Of a stretch of 44,499 bases of DNA, positions 9,265-18,562 are shown one piece after another. How positions within the stretch are numbered: position 1 is the first letter of the stretch; every line of letters starts with the position of its first letter. Made by a program: the position numbers and the translations under genes. Where the stretch lies: contig DAIEHA010000007.1 of assembly GCA_027355945.1 (NCBI GenBank), forward strand, positions 1 to 44,499, given 5' to 3'. The DNA comes from Candidatus Parcubacteria bacterium. Its GTDB lineage: Bacteria; Patescibacteriota; Minisyncoccia; UBA6257; 2-01-FULL-56-20. The notes below the pieces were generated by a model that saw only the letters and a program-made list of their open reading frames with translations, was not told the DNA's origin and made no database searches.

Positions 9265-9789
9265 TCATTTCCTTTTCAGAAGTTCCTCCCTTCCCGTGAT
9301 ACTCCCCATGCCGGCCATCCGGTCGAGGAACACCTTCCCCTCGAGATGGTCTTGCTCGTGCTGGACGATCCGGGCAAGAAGGCCTTCCACGCGCAAGACG
9401 AACCTCTTTCCATCGAGGCCGTAGGCGGCCACCATCACCGTATTTGCGCGGCGCACGATCCCGAAAAGCCCCGCATACGCCACGCTGCCGCATCCTTCAT
9501 AATCCGCGGTCTTGCGCGCGGAGACCTCGAGGATCTTCGGATTGATGAACACGCGGACAGGGTCCCTTCCGTCCGAACGCCTCGTGTCCGTCGTGCGGAT
9601 CTCCGTCACGAAGATCCTCTTGTTGATGCCTATCTGGGGCGCCGCCATTCCCACGAGGCCATTGGCCCTCATGGAATCCACGAGGTCTCTCACGATCTTC
9701 TTCACGGATGCCGAGGCCGGCAAAGGGACCGGCACGGATTTCGTCCGTATCGCGGGGTTCCCTATCTGCACCGTACGTTTCGTTGCCAT
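9265..9789 (-). CDS. def: peptide deformylase
   Basis: GMAAPQIG, EGCGSV, QHEQDHLEG motifs. Confidence 0.95.
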   Translation of the reverse strand: MATKRTVQIGNPAIRTKSVPVPLPASASVKKIVRDLVDSMRANGLVGMAAPQIGINKRIFVTEIRTTDTRRSDGRDPVRVFINPKILEVSARKTADYEGCGSVAYAGLFGIVRRANTVMVAAYGLDGKRFVLRVEGLLARIVQHEQDHLEGKVFLDRMAGMGSITGREELLKRK

Positions 9790-9801
9790 TGCGCGTGTTT
9801 C

Positions 9802-11103
9802 CTACCGATCGTGTGCGGCCTTTTCCTTTATCGCCCTTTCGAACATGTCCCGTTCGCTCCATGGCACCTTGCCGCCACCGCGCACATGGATCCATTCCTC
9901 GCTCCCCTTTCCCGTCCCGATCACGACATCGCCCGCCCGCGCCATCGAGAACCCCGCGCGCACCGCTTCGGCGCGGTCCAACACCCTTCGCACGCGCATC
10001 GCCTTCGCAGGATCGATCTCCCGGATCCCCTTCTCGATCTCGTCGAGGATCTCCCCGGGATCCTCATCATATGGATCTTCGTCCGTAAGGATGATCTCAT
10101 CGCACCACCGCGCAGCGGCCGCCCCCATTGCGGAACGCTTCCATCTATCCCTGCCGCCGCCCGCGGCGCCGAGCAGCGCGATAAGGCGCGGATGCGGATG
10201 CTCCGGCGTCGGTTTCGGCTTCACCGCGCGATATGCCGCCTCAAGGGAATCAGGAGTGTGGGCGTAATCCACTACGCCGGTATACCCGCCCTCCCGCACG
10301 AATTCCATCCTTCCCGGGACTCCTCCGAAATTCAGGATGGCACGTTCGATCGTCGCATCGTCCACGCCAAGCCGGCGCCCGATCGCCGCCGCGACGGCGA
10401 TGTGTTCTTTATTGAAATCGCTCAGCAGGAATCCTTGAGGGGCCTTCTCTCCCTCCGCGTGGCGCGCGGCCTCTATCCGCGGCATGCACCCCTTCACAAA
10501 CTCGTCATCCTTCGAATACCGCAGGGGAACCGATGAGAGCGCATCGAAGAAAAACCCGGATTCGCGGTCGTCCCGGTTCAGGAACACCTCCCCGCCTCCG
10601 CTCAGAACGTACCGCAAGAACGAAAGCTTCGCCGCACGATAGTTCTCGTACGACCCGTGCGCCTCGATATGCTCCGGATGAAGGTTCGTGAGGACCCCCA
10701 TATCCCATTTGATGAAACGATGCCGATGCGCGGCGACCCCCTGCGACGTCACTTCGATGAGCGCATACTCGCAGTTCGCGCGGACCGCCCTCCCGAGGAA
10801 GTGCTGGATGTAAGCCCTTCCCGGCATCGAATTCCCCGTATGGTTCCTCTCGCTCCCCTCCCCCGTCTTCACGCGCAGAGAGGAAAGCAGTGCGGTCCTC
10901 TTCCCTGCAGCCTCGAGGATCGCATTGATGAGCTCGAGGGCGGTCGTCTTCCCCTTTGTCCCCGTCACCCCTATCGTGAATATCCTCCTGCTCGGATTGC
11001 GGTACGCCGCAGAGCCTGTCCATGCCCATATGAAATGATACGCGGATACCGCTCCGGGAAGGCCGTAGAACAATCTTGCAAGCTGTGATCGTTTGATGTC
11101 CAT
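9802..11103 (-). CDS. murE: MurE-type UDP-MurNAc-tripeptide ligase lacking the N-terminal domain
   Basis: P-loop GVTGTKGKTT, IEVTSQG, TNLHPEHI, PGRME, DYAHTPDSL, GGGRDRWKR, GKGSE. Confidence 0.85.
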   Translation of the reverse strand: MDIKRSQLARLFYGLPGAVSAYHFIWAWTGSAAYRNPSRRIFTIGVTGTKGKTTALELINAILEAAGKRTALLSSLRVKTGEGSERNHTGNSMPGRAYIQHFLGRAVRANCEYALIEVTSQGVAAHRHRFIKWDMGVLTNLHPEHIEAHGSYENYRAAKLSFLRYVLSGGGEVFLNRDDRESGFFFDALSSVPLRYSKDDEFVKGCMPRIEAARHAEGEKAPQGFLLSDFNKEHIAVAAAIGRRLGVDDATIERAILNFGGVPGRMEFVREGGYTGVVDYAHTPDSLEAAYRAVKPKPTPEHPHPRLIALLGAAGGGRDRWKRSAMGAAAARWCDEIILTDEDPYDEDPGEILDEIEKGIREIDPAKAMRVRRVLDRAEAVRAGFSMARAGDVVIGTGKGSEEWIHVRGGGKVPWSERDMFERAIKEKAAHDR

Positions 11104-11165
11104 GTAGATGTGTTCGCGTCGATCCCCGCCCTTCGGAATGGATGCGGCCGGTCCCCGGGATGACG

Positions 11166-11759
11166 TCAGCGTTTCGCATTCGCGCCGAGGATCTTGAGCG
11201 CCGCCTTCAACCGTTCCTCGGTGCCCTTCACCTCCTCCCCGACCTTCGCGATCGCCGCACGAGCCTCGTCGCGCCGGTATCCCAGGCTTGCAAGCGCCTC
11301 GATGAGGTCCGAGTCGGTCTCCATCCGTTCCACCACCGCACCCGAACGCGTGGATTCCACCTTCGCCTTAAGCTCGAGGATCACCCGTTCGGCCGTCTTC
11401 CTCCCTATGCCTGCCGCACGAGTAAGCAGATCGGGGCGATTTTCCTTGATGGCTGCCGCAAGTTCCTCGAGTGGTCCGGTATCGAGGATCGCGAGCGCCG
11501 ATTTGGGACCCACGCCCGAAACGCTGATGAGCATCCCGAAGAACTCGAGCTCGTCCTGCGATGCGAACCCGTAAAGATCGAGTGCGTCCTCCTTCACGTG
11601 AAGGTGGGAAAAGAGCCTGACAACCCCCTCGCCTCCCGCCGCAGGAAGGGCCGTGCGCGTCCCTTTGCTCACATAGAGCCTCAATCCCACCCCGCCCGCC
11701 TCGACGACCACGAAATTCTCCCCTTTGAGCGCAAGCTTCCCGGAAACGCTGTAGATCAT
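11166..11759 (-). CDS. ruvA: Holliday junction branch migration protein RuvA
   Basis: MIYSVSGKL start, LYGF, LISVSGVGPKSAL, GIGRKTAERVILELK, ALASLGY. Confidence 0.96.
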   Translation of the reverse strand: MIYSVSGKLALKGENFVVVEAGGVGLRLYVSKGTRTALPAAGGEGVVRLFSHLHVKEDALDLYGFASQDELEFFGMLISVSGVGPKSALAILDTGPLEELAAAIKENRPDLLTRAAGIGRKTAERVILELKAKVESTRSGAVVERMETDSDLIEALASLGYRRDEARAAIAKVGEEVKGTEERLKAALKILGANAKR

Positions 11760-11765
11760 AAGGAT

Positions 11766-11826
11766 ATTATATAGGCCCCGGGGCATCTGGCATATCCCTT
11801 GCAAAAATCTCCGTTTCCTCTATAAT
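11766..11826. promoter_or_regulatory. divergent promoters for ruvA and rpsT
   Basis: Plus strand: TTGCAA(11799-11804)-16 bp-TATAAT(11821-11826), 7 nt before the rpsT ATG. Minus strand: TATAAT(11766-11771), 6 nt before the ruvA ATG. Confidence 0.7.
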
Positions 11827-11833
11827 AGTTCCC

Positions 11834-12109
11834 ATGCCGATAACCAGCTCAGCAAAGAAGGCTCTCCGTCAGAACGTCACCCGGCGGAAGCAGAACGAGG
11901 CCAGGAAAGAGGCCTATAAGAAAGCAGTGAAGGAATACCGTAAGCTCATCACCGCCAAGAAGTTCGACGATGCCAAAAAGTCGTTCCCTGCGGTTTTCAA
12001 GGCGCTCGATAAAGCGGCGAAGACCAAAGTGATCGAGAAGAACAAGGCAAGCCGTCTCAAGTCGCGCCTCGCTCAGCTCACCAATAGGTCCACCAAAGCC
12101 TCCTCGTAA
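11834..12109 (+). CDS. rpsT: 30S ribosomal protein S20
   Basis: MPITSSAKKALRQ...LDKAAKTKVIEKNKASRLKSRL. Confidence 0.97.
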   Translation: MPITSSAKKALRQNVTRRKQNEARKEAYKKAVKEYRKLITAKKFDDAKKSFPAVFKALDKAAKTKVIEKNKASRLKSRLAQLTNRSTKASS

Positions 12110-12864
12110 TCGACCTTCCCCGACTTCACCGCCAGATCATACTCCGCCATGTGCGGGGTTTTTTCTTGCCATTGCGCGGCGAGGATATTGAATATCTTTG
12201 CGGGGGGATCGGCGAGGGCAAGCATCGATTCGAATGCGTAAAGGCGGTTCCTCAGATCGTGGCTTTTGAGCCCGTTCATGAGCATCCAATAATCGGGCGC
12301 CGTCTCGAGCCCTAATTCCCCGAGATCGTTCTTTTCAATGGCGGCGGTGCGTCCAAAGGCGAGCGCTGCGATCTTCTCGAGCTCGGTCACAAGGCCCCAT
12401 GCATCCCCTTGGAACACGCTCCCGAGGAACTGCACCGCGGAGGGGGCGAGATCCGCGCCGCGATCGTTCGCCTCCTTCTTCACGAACGCAAGCCATTCCG
12501 CACCGACAAGCGCCTTGAACTCCTGGACGATCACCGGCTTTTTGAGCAGGAACGCGAGCGCTTTCACCGGTTTCTCCCGTTCCGCCACCAATACGGTGGC
12601 ATCCTTCGCATCGAGGAGCGGCTCAAGGAGCTTTGCGAGTCTCTTTGCTTCGAGCGCGAACGCATTCTCCAGCACCGCAAGCCTCGGCGCATCGAAGAGC
12701 GACTGCGTGGCAAGGAACCTTTCCGCCTCTTCCGGCGCCGTTTTGCTCTCGAAATCAAATTCGGCGAGGCCGATGTCCGAACGCTTTTTCACGAACTCCT
12801 CCACAACCGCGCGCCGTTTCGCGGTGCGCCGGTAGTCGTCGGGGCCATAAAGAAATACGATCAT
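12073..12864 (-). CDS. holA: DNA polymerase III delta subunit (short form)
   Basis: MIVFLYGPDDYR, QSLFDAPRLAVL, ELEKIA, DLAVKSGKVD; convergent with rpsT as in many bacteria. Confidence 0.85.
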   Translation of the reverse strand: MIVFLYGPDDYRRTAKRRAVVEEFVKKRSDIGLAEFDFESKTAPEEAERFLATQSLFDAPRLAVLENAFALEAKRLAKLLEPLLDAKDATVLVAEREKPVKALAFLLKKPVIVQEFKALVGAEWLAFVKKEANDRGADLAPSAVQFLGSVFQGDAWGLVTELEKIAALAFGRTAAIEKNDLGELGLETAPDYWMLMNGLKSHDLRNRLYAFESMLALADPPAKIFNILAAQWQEKTPHMAEYDLAVKSGKVDYEEALVDLLVS

Positions 12865-12882
12865 ACTGTAAGGATAAGGGGT

Positions 12883-12891
12883 TTATCCACA
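12883..12891 (+). promoter_or_regulatory. perfect DnaA-box 9-mer TTATCCACA upstream of holA
   Basis: Exact match to the consensus in the holA/orphan intergenic region. Confidence 0.55.
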
Positions 12892-12952
12892 AAATCAAAT
12901 TGCGGCCCTCCCATTATGGATCTACCATGAATATCAGAGGAGGAGTCCTTCT

Positions 12953-13282
12953 ATGACCCCCAACGTCCCCATTTCGGAAGAGATCCGTTTGGCCACCCTG
13001 CGCGACGTGTTCGCTTTGCACAACACTGCGCTCAACGTCAAGCAGCATTTCCAATTCGATAGCAGGTTCCTGAGGGTCGGTGCTTGGATCAATCTTGGTT
13101 GTCCAAGGATCAAGTGGAACGAGATAAGGAGCGATCTCCGGAATGTCGCAAGCCGCTTGCGGGATTTCGGAAATCTTTCCGAAGGAGAACGGGCCGCCAT
13201 GCAACGCCTTTTCGAGGAATCGATCAAACCCGAACCTGATTTCCGCCGCATTCAGGTATGCTGGGCCTACATCGATCTTTAA
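12953..13282 (+). CDS. hypothetical protein
   Basis: 109-aa ORF with strong RBS gaggaggag and a downstream hairpin; fills the gap between holA and pyrG. Confidence 0.65.
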   Translation: MTPNVPISEEIRLATLRDVFALHNTALNVKQHFQFDSRFLRVGAWINLGCPRIKWNEIRSDLRNVASRLRDFGNLSEGERAAMQRLFEESIKPEPDFRRIQVCWAYIDL

Positions 13283-13295
13283 CCTCACCCACATC

Positions 13296-13334
13296 AAAAA
13301 CCGGCGATCGCCCCCCCGACGATCGCCTTTTTTA
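13296..13334. terminator. bidirectional terminator
   Basis: aaaaa..ggcgatcg-cccccccga-cgatcgcc-tttttt between convergent genes. Confidence 0.65.
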
Positions 13335-15032
13335 TTCCTCGCCGCGGCGCGCCTGCGCGGCCCTCATGAACTCCCGGAACAGCGGACTGGGGCGCATTGG
13401 CCTTGATTTGAGCTCGGGGTGGAACTGAGTGCCCACAAAGAACGGGTGCTCACGTTTCGGAAGCTCCAGTACTTCCATGAGCCTTCTCGACGGAGACCTG
13501 CCGGAGAATACCGCACCCGCATGCTCGAGGCGCGATACGAAACGAGGATTCACTTCGAATCGATGTCTATGCCGCTCGCTGATCTTCGTCGCGCCGTAGG
13601 CGCGCTCGGCGATGGTCCCCTTCTTGAGCACCGCAGGATATGCACCGAGCCGCATCGTCGCGCCATACTTCTTCTCGGCCATGAGCTTCTTCTGTTCGGG
13701 CAGGATGTCGATGACGGGATGCTTCGTGCGGGGGTCTATCTCCGTCGTGTTCGCGTCCTTCCATCCGAGCACATCGCGCGCAATCTCGATCGTGGCCAGC
13801 TGCATGCCATAGCAAAGGCCGAGATAGGGTATCTTCCTTTCGCGGCAGTAGCGTATCGCCGCAAGCTTGCCCTCCACGCCTCGTGCGCCGAACCCGCCGG
13901 GAACGATCACACCGTCGTACGCGCCAAGTCCCTCGAGGTTCTCCACTGCAACCGCCTCTGCTTTCGCCACCCCCTCCTTCGAAGCTCCGCTTCCGATATG
14001 CGGCTCGAAATCCTCCGAATCGATCCAATGGATGTTCGGCTTCACCCCCCAGTGCGCCGCCGCGTGCCGGACCGCCTCTATCACCGAGAGATACGAATCG
14101 GCGAGCACGAACCTCCCGCTCGAAAAATATTTCCCCACGATGCCGATGTTCACGGAGCGTGTGGCCCCGTCCATGCGCTCGGTGAGCGCGCGCCACTCTT
14201 TGAGGTCCTTTTTTGCGGCCCTGATCCCCAGTTTCCCGAGAATGAGGTCGCCGAGCCGGTCCTTCTCGAAGTTCAGGGGGATGTCATAGATGTCTGCGAC
14301 ATCGGGCGCGGAGATCACATCCTCCTCGCTCACATTGCAGTTGAACGCGATCTTCTCCTTGCGTTTCGCATCGATCGGATATTTCGCGCGCGCGAGGATG
14401 AAGTCTGGCTGAAGCCCTACGGCGTTCAGGGCGCGCACCGCATGCTGCGTCGGCTTGGTCTTCAACTCATTGTCGTCGTTCATGATCGGGAGATGGCTCA
14501 CGAGAATGAGCACGACGTCCTTCGGCGATTTGATCTTCAGCATGCGCACCGCCTCGAGGAAAAGGATGTTCTCATATTCCCCCGCGGTGCCCCCTATCTC
14601 CGTGATCGCGATCCGGGCCTTTGCAAGTTCCGCCGCTTTGCGGATCCGATCGATCACTTCCATGGGGATGTACGGCACCACGCTCACCGAACGTCCGCCA
14701 TATCCCATGCTCCGCTCGCGCTCGATCACCGTTTTATACACGCTTCCGGTCGTCATGTAATTCGCCCCGGAAAGGTCCCTGTCGAGGAAACGTTCGTAAT
14801 TCCCCATATCCTGATCGCACTCCGTACCATCATCCAAAACAAAAACCTCACCGTGTTCGGTGGGGTTCATGGTGCCGGCGTCAACGTTGACGTACGGATC
14901 GATCTTGAGGGACGTGACCTCGATCCCGCGGGATTGCAGGATCTTCGCAATGGATGACGACGCCACTCCCTTGCCGACGCCCGACATCACTCCTCCTACT
15001 ACGAATATGAATTTCTGATCCGTGGAGGCCAT
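13332..15032 (-). CDS. pyrG: CTP synthase
   Basis: GGVMSGVGKG, KIDPYVNVDAGTMNPTEHGEVFV, KTKPTQH, GLCYGMQ, ERHRHRFE, QFHPE; start at ATG 15032. Confidence 0.98.
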   Translation of the reverse strand: MASTDQKFIFVVGGVMSGVGKGVASSSIAKILQSRGIEVTSLKIDPYVNVDAGTMNPTEHGEVFVLDDGTECDQDMGNYERFLDRDLSGANYMTTGSVYKTVIERERSMGYGGRSVSVVPYIPMEVIDRIRKAAELAKARIAITEIGGTAGEYENILFLEAVRMLKIKSPKDVVLILVSHLPIMNDDNELKTKPTQHAVRALNAVGLQPDFILARAKYPIDAKRKEKIAFNCNVSEEDVISAPDVADIYDIPLNFEKDRLGDLILGKLGIRAAKKDLKEWRALTERMDGATRSVNIGIVGKYFSSGRFVLADSYLSVIEAVRHAAAHWGVKPNIHWIDSEDFEPHIGSGASKEGVAKAEAVAVENLEGLGAYDGVIVPGGFGARGVEGKLAAIRYCRERKIPYLGLCYGMQLATIEIARDVLGWKDANTTEIDPRTKHPVIDILPEQKKLMAEKKYGATMRLGAYPAVLKKGTIAERAYGATKISERHRHRFEVNPRFVSRLEHAGAVFSGRSPSRRLMEVLELPKREHPFFVGTQFHPELKSRPMRPSPLFREFMRAAQARRGEE

Positions 15033-15074
15033 AACGCCTCTCAGTATACACGAGCGTTCCCGCAACGACAAATC

Positions 15075-16424
15075 CTATACGAGATCCGCCGATCCCATCT
15101 CGTGCCTTGGCACGAGCGCCGGGTCCGTCGGAATGGCAAACGAGACCGTCGTGCCGCGATCGAGCTCCGATTCGGCCCAAATCTGCCCTCCATGCGCCGC
15201 AACGACGCCCTTCGCGATATAAAGCCCGAGGCCCGAACCTTCCGTTTGCGCCTTCACCGCGTTGCCCGCGCGATAGAACTTCGTGAAAAGCTTCCCGAGG
15301 TCCTCTTTCGGGATGCCGATGCCCGTATCCCTCACGCTCACCACGAGATACGGCTTCCCCTGAAGCCGGTCCACCTTCACCGTCACCTCGCCGTTCTCCA
15401 CGTTATAGCGGATGGCATTCTCAAGGATGTTCGTGAGTGCAAGGGAGAGCTGCTTCGGGTCGATCATCACCTTGGGAAGCTCCTCCGAGGGACGATCGAG
15501 GTAGATCTTCACCCCCGCCTTGCGGGCTGCGGGCAGAACCCCCGCCAATACCCCGTTCACATACTGCACGAGATCCGTGCTTTCGAATGCATATCCCACC
15601 TGGCCGTCCTCCATCTTTGCGATGCCAAGGAGGTCCTCGATGCGCGTGAGGAGATTCTGGCTCGCGGCCGCCGCGGTCGCCGCGATCATCTTCTCCGTTT
15701 CGGAAAGTTCCTGCGCCTGGGAGAGCGACTGAAGCGCCCAATTGATATCCGTCGCCGGACCGCGCAGCTGATGCGATGCGACGGTGATGAAATCGCTCTT
15801 CGCACGAAGCGCGGCGATCTGCGGCGTACGGTCCCTCACGATCTTCACGAACGCACGAGTGCGGCCGTCGGCGTCCGTCACCGGCTCCGTCGATACCCGC
15901 AGTTCAAGCTCCGGATCGGCAAGGGAGACGTCGGCCACCTGGGGAAGCTCGCCCTCTCTGCTCCTCGGCATGACCCGGGGCGCAAGCGAAGGGAACACGA
16001 CCTGCGCAAGCGTCTTCCATCCGCCCTCGCCCTCGGCATCGCGCGGAGAAAGCACGTGCCCCACCGCTTCGGTCGCGGTGATCCCAAAAAGCTTTTCTGC
16101 AACATGATTGAAGTACGTGATGCGGAAATCGGTGCCGTAGATGATGAGCGCATCCTCGATCGCCCCAAGGATGCTCTTCAGTTCCCCGTCGCCGCTCTGC
16201 ACCTGGGCGAGAGGCGAAGCGCCCCGCTCCTGCATCCGCAAGGCCGCGATCGCGATGACCGCCACCGCAACAAGGGCCGCTCCTTCGGCGATCGCAAACG
16301 GCAGCGGCATCCTTGCCGCCGCTGCCACCCCCGCACCCGCCGCGACCGCAAAAATGATAAGCGCGGCAGGAATGGTCCCGGGCGGGATCGCTCCCTTTTT
16401 AGATGTAGCCTTTATATTCTCCAA
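15075..16424 (-). CDS. membrane PAS-domain sensor histidine kinase
   Basis: Two N-terminal hydrophobic helices, PAS (FNHVAEKLFG), H-box ASHQLRGP, N-box NILENAIRYN, DTGIGIP, GSGLGL; start uncertain (TTG at 16424 chosen to avoid overlap). Confidence 0.9.
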   Translation of the reverse strand: MENIKATSKKGAIPPGTIPAALIIFAVAAGAGVAAAARMPLPFAIAEGAALVAVAVIAIAALRMQERGASPLAQVQSGDGELKSILGAIEDALIIYGTDFRITYFNHVAEKLFGITATEAVGHVLSPRDAEGEGGWKTLAQVVFPSLAPRVMPRSREGELPQVADVSLADPELELRVSTEPVTDADGRTRAFVKIVRDRTPQIAALRAKSDFITVASHQLRGPATDINWALQSLSQAQELSETEKMIAATAAAASQNLLTRIEDLLGIAKMEDGQVGYAFESTDLVQYVNGVLAGVLPAARKAGVKIYLDRPSEELPKVMIDPKQLSLALTNILENAIRYNVENGEVTVKVDRLQGKPYLVVSVRDTGIGIPKEDLGKLFTKFYRAGNAVKAQTEGSGLGLYIAKGVVAAHGGQIWAESELDRGTTVSFAIPTDPALVPRHEMGSADLV

Positions 16425-16452
16425 TATAATAATGATACTCCACCCACCCTCC

Positions 16453-17430
16453 TTAAAACAGGGGATTCTGTCCTTCGGGACCCTTCCTTTTCCCCGCCCC
16501 ATTCCCTTTATGTTTTCCCACACTCTCCTTGTTCGCGCGTATTTCCCCGGCCGGCGCCGCATCTCCTTCGTAGATCCTTTTGAGAAGCGTCGCAAATCCC
16601 ATATTGATGAAATACTCCTCTATTCCCGGGTCCCGCAGATCGCTCCGCGGAACGAGCGCCTCGAGCTCCGGCATTTCGAGCGGCACGTGCCGCTCGAGCA
16701 CGACAAGCGAACGTGAACGCTCCGCCTCCATCCTGAACGGTCCTATCTTTTTCTCTGCCTTCGCATCCTCTCCCATGTGCGCGAAAATGCCCTCCACCGA
16801 CCCGTATTTCGTAAGAAGCTCCACCGCGGTCTTCGGCCCCACCCCGGGCACGCCCTTGATGTTGTCCGAGGCATCGCCGACGAGCGCCTTGTAATCCACC
16901 ATCTGTGCGGGCGTCACGCCAAATCGCCCCTTTACCCCCGCTTCATCGTAGATCGTGGTATCGCTCACGCCTTTGTTGAATGTCCGCACGGCGACGCATC
17001 CGTCCTCCACGAGCTGGAATGTATCCCTGTCGCCGGTAAGAATGACGACGCTCACCCCCTCCTCCCGCTTGAAACGCTCAGCGAACGTCGCAATGAGATC
17101 GTCCGCCTCATATCCGGGCATCTCGAACGTCCGTATGCCGAACGCGGGAAATAGCCTGTGCGCTTCAACGATCTGCGCAATGAGATCGTCGGGCGCCGGC
17201 GGCCGTTGAGCTTTGTATTCGGCATATGCCTGTTCGCGGAATGTAGGCTCGGGCCTGTCAAAGAGGGCTGCCGCATAATCCGGCCTCCCGTCGCGCCAAA
17301 GCTTCATAAGGATGCTCGCGATGCCGTAAATCGCCCCGCTCGGCCTCCCGTCCGGCGTCGTGAACGGCGGCAACGCGTGAAACGAACGATGGATGATCGA
17401 ATTTGCGTCGATGAGCAATAGTTGTTTCAT
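16453..17430 (-). CDS. stand-alone 5'-3' exonuclease (PolA N-terminal domain-like)
   Basis: LLIDANSIIHRSFHA, YKAQR, GYEADDLIAT, TGDRD, LVGDASDNIKGVPGVGPKTA; stops without a polymerase domain. Confidence 0.93.
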   Translation of the reverse strand: MKQLLLIDANSIIHRSFHALPPFTTPDGRPSGAIYGIASILMKLWRDGRPDYAAALFDRPEPTFREQAYAEYKAQRPPAPDDLIAQIVEAHRLFPAFGIRTFEMPGYEADDLIATFAERFKREEGVSVVILTGDRDTFQLVEDGCVAVRTFNKGVSDTTIYDEAGVKGRFGVTPAQMVDYKALVGDASDNIKGVPGVGPKTAVELLTKYGSVEGIFAHMGEDAKAEKKIGPFRMEAERSRSLVVLERHVPLEMPELEALVPRSDLRDPGIEEYFINMGFATLLKRIYEGDAAPAGEIRANKESVGKHKGNGAGKRKGPEGQNPLF

Positions 17431-17909
17431 GTGCGTCCTCCTTCGGTTATAGAGACGTTTCGCAACCCTTCCTTTTTACCGTATCCGAATTTTATCCATA
17501 CAGCACCCCGCGGGATCGCATCCTTTATCCGCTCACCCCATTCAATGAGGACGATGTTCCTCGGATCTTCGAGAAGCTCATCGAATCCGAGCACGGAGAG
17601 ATGGGACGCATCTTTCAATCGGTATGCATCCATATGGAATACGTGTTTCCGTGCCGCCCGCGCGACATAGCGCCGCATGATCACGAATGTGGGGCTCGGG
17701 ACCCGGCGGCGGACGCCCAACCCGTGCAGGAACCCCTGCACGAACGTCGTCTTTCCCGCCCCAAGCTCCCCGGAAAGCACCACGACAGAGGCTCCCTTAT
17801 CCCCCGGGGCCTCCTTCAGAAATCCTTCCGAGAACACCTCGCCGAGGCGTTTCGTCTCCTCCGAGGAGGATGTGCGATAGATAGTCGTTTTTTTTGACCG
17901 CATATGCAA
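17427..17909 (-). CDS. tsaE: tRNA t6A biosynthesis ATPase TsaE
   Basis: GELGAGKTT, SPTFVI, HMDAYRL, LIEWGE. Confidence 0.96.
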   Translation of the reverse strand: MHMRSKKTTIYRTSSSEETKRLGEVFSEGFLKEAPGDKGASVVVLSGELGAGKTTFVQGFLHGLGVRRRVPSPTFVIMRRYVARAARKHVFHMDAYRLKDASHLSVLGFDELLEDPRNIVLIEWGERIKDAIPRGAVWIKFGYGKKEGLRNVSITEGGRT

Positions 17910-18483
17910 ATAAGAGCATTATGACCGCGCCAAGACCCATTGCCGAAGCCGCAACCGATGCCGGCCCGGTCCCCGGATATCCAAGAGGAATGCCGATCCC
18001 GTACCGCGGCGGTGCCACAACATTCCCGAACGCCGCATTCGCGGACCCCGGCGTGGGATCCGTGAACATGAATATGCCCGCCGCAGCGCCTTCCTCGATG
18101 CGTGAAAAACTTCTCGCTTCTGGCGCAGCGCCCCGGAACGCGGCTTGATCGATGATTGTCCCGTCCGGGCCATATAACAATACTGCCCCATCCGTATTTT
18201 TGAAAGACGGCGCCCCTTCGCTGCGGACCACGAAAAGGTATCCTCTTCCGGGGATGGTCCTGTTCCCGAGCGGGAACGCTTTTGTGCGCGAAGGGACGAT
18301 CGCCGCCCCCCGTTCCGGGGTCGCAGTCCTCGTGCCCGTGCCAAGCGACCATCCATCCAGGCGCACCGCGGCGGGAGCGTCATTGAAAAGTTCGGCAAAT
18401 TCCCCCGAGGCATCGGGACCCGCGGGATTGGGCAGCCATTCATTGATGCGGACCACCGCGTGATCGTACCTCTCCGCGATCAA
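17797..18483 (-). CDS. lamin-tail-domain (LTD) protein with C-terminal TM helix
   Basis: INEWLPNPAGPD..EFAELFN..LDGWSL, PTPGSAN; hydrophobic C-terminal segment; start uncertain; 3' end overlaps tsaE. Confidence 0.75.
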   Translation of the reverse strand: MIAERYDHAVVRINEWLPNPAGPDASGEFAELFNDAPAAVRLDGWSLGTGTRTATPERGAAIVPSRTKAFPLGNRTIPGRGYLFVVRSEGAPSFKNTDGAVLLYGPDGTIIDQAAFRGAAPEARSFSRIEEGAAAGIFMFTDPTPGSANAAFGNVVAPPRYGIGIPLGYPGTGPASVAASAMGLGAVIMLLFAYAVKKNDYLSHILLGGDETPRRGVLGRISEGGPGG

Positions 18484-18562
18484 TAAAGGCTGAAGCCTTT
18501 GCTCCCCGTCGCTGCGTTGTGTGCGGAATGCGGCCCCTTCGGGATCCGCAACGAGGCCCGCC

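Noticed and set aside
12073-12109. 37-bp convergent overlap of rpsT and holA
   Set aside because: holA-rpsT convergence is a common arrangement; short overlaps are ordinary in compact genomes
7773-16583. Long plus-strand ORFs (7773..9299, 9346..10536, 13419..14957, 15102..16583)
   Set aside because: Antisense shadows of well-supported genes; Arg/His/Pro-rich with no motifs, as expected from GC-rich codon bias
16453-17430. polA pseudogene
   Set aside because: The nuclease domain is intact with a clean stop and no polymerase remnant follows; stand-alone 5'-3' exonucleases are well known
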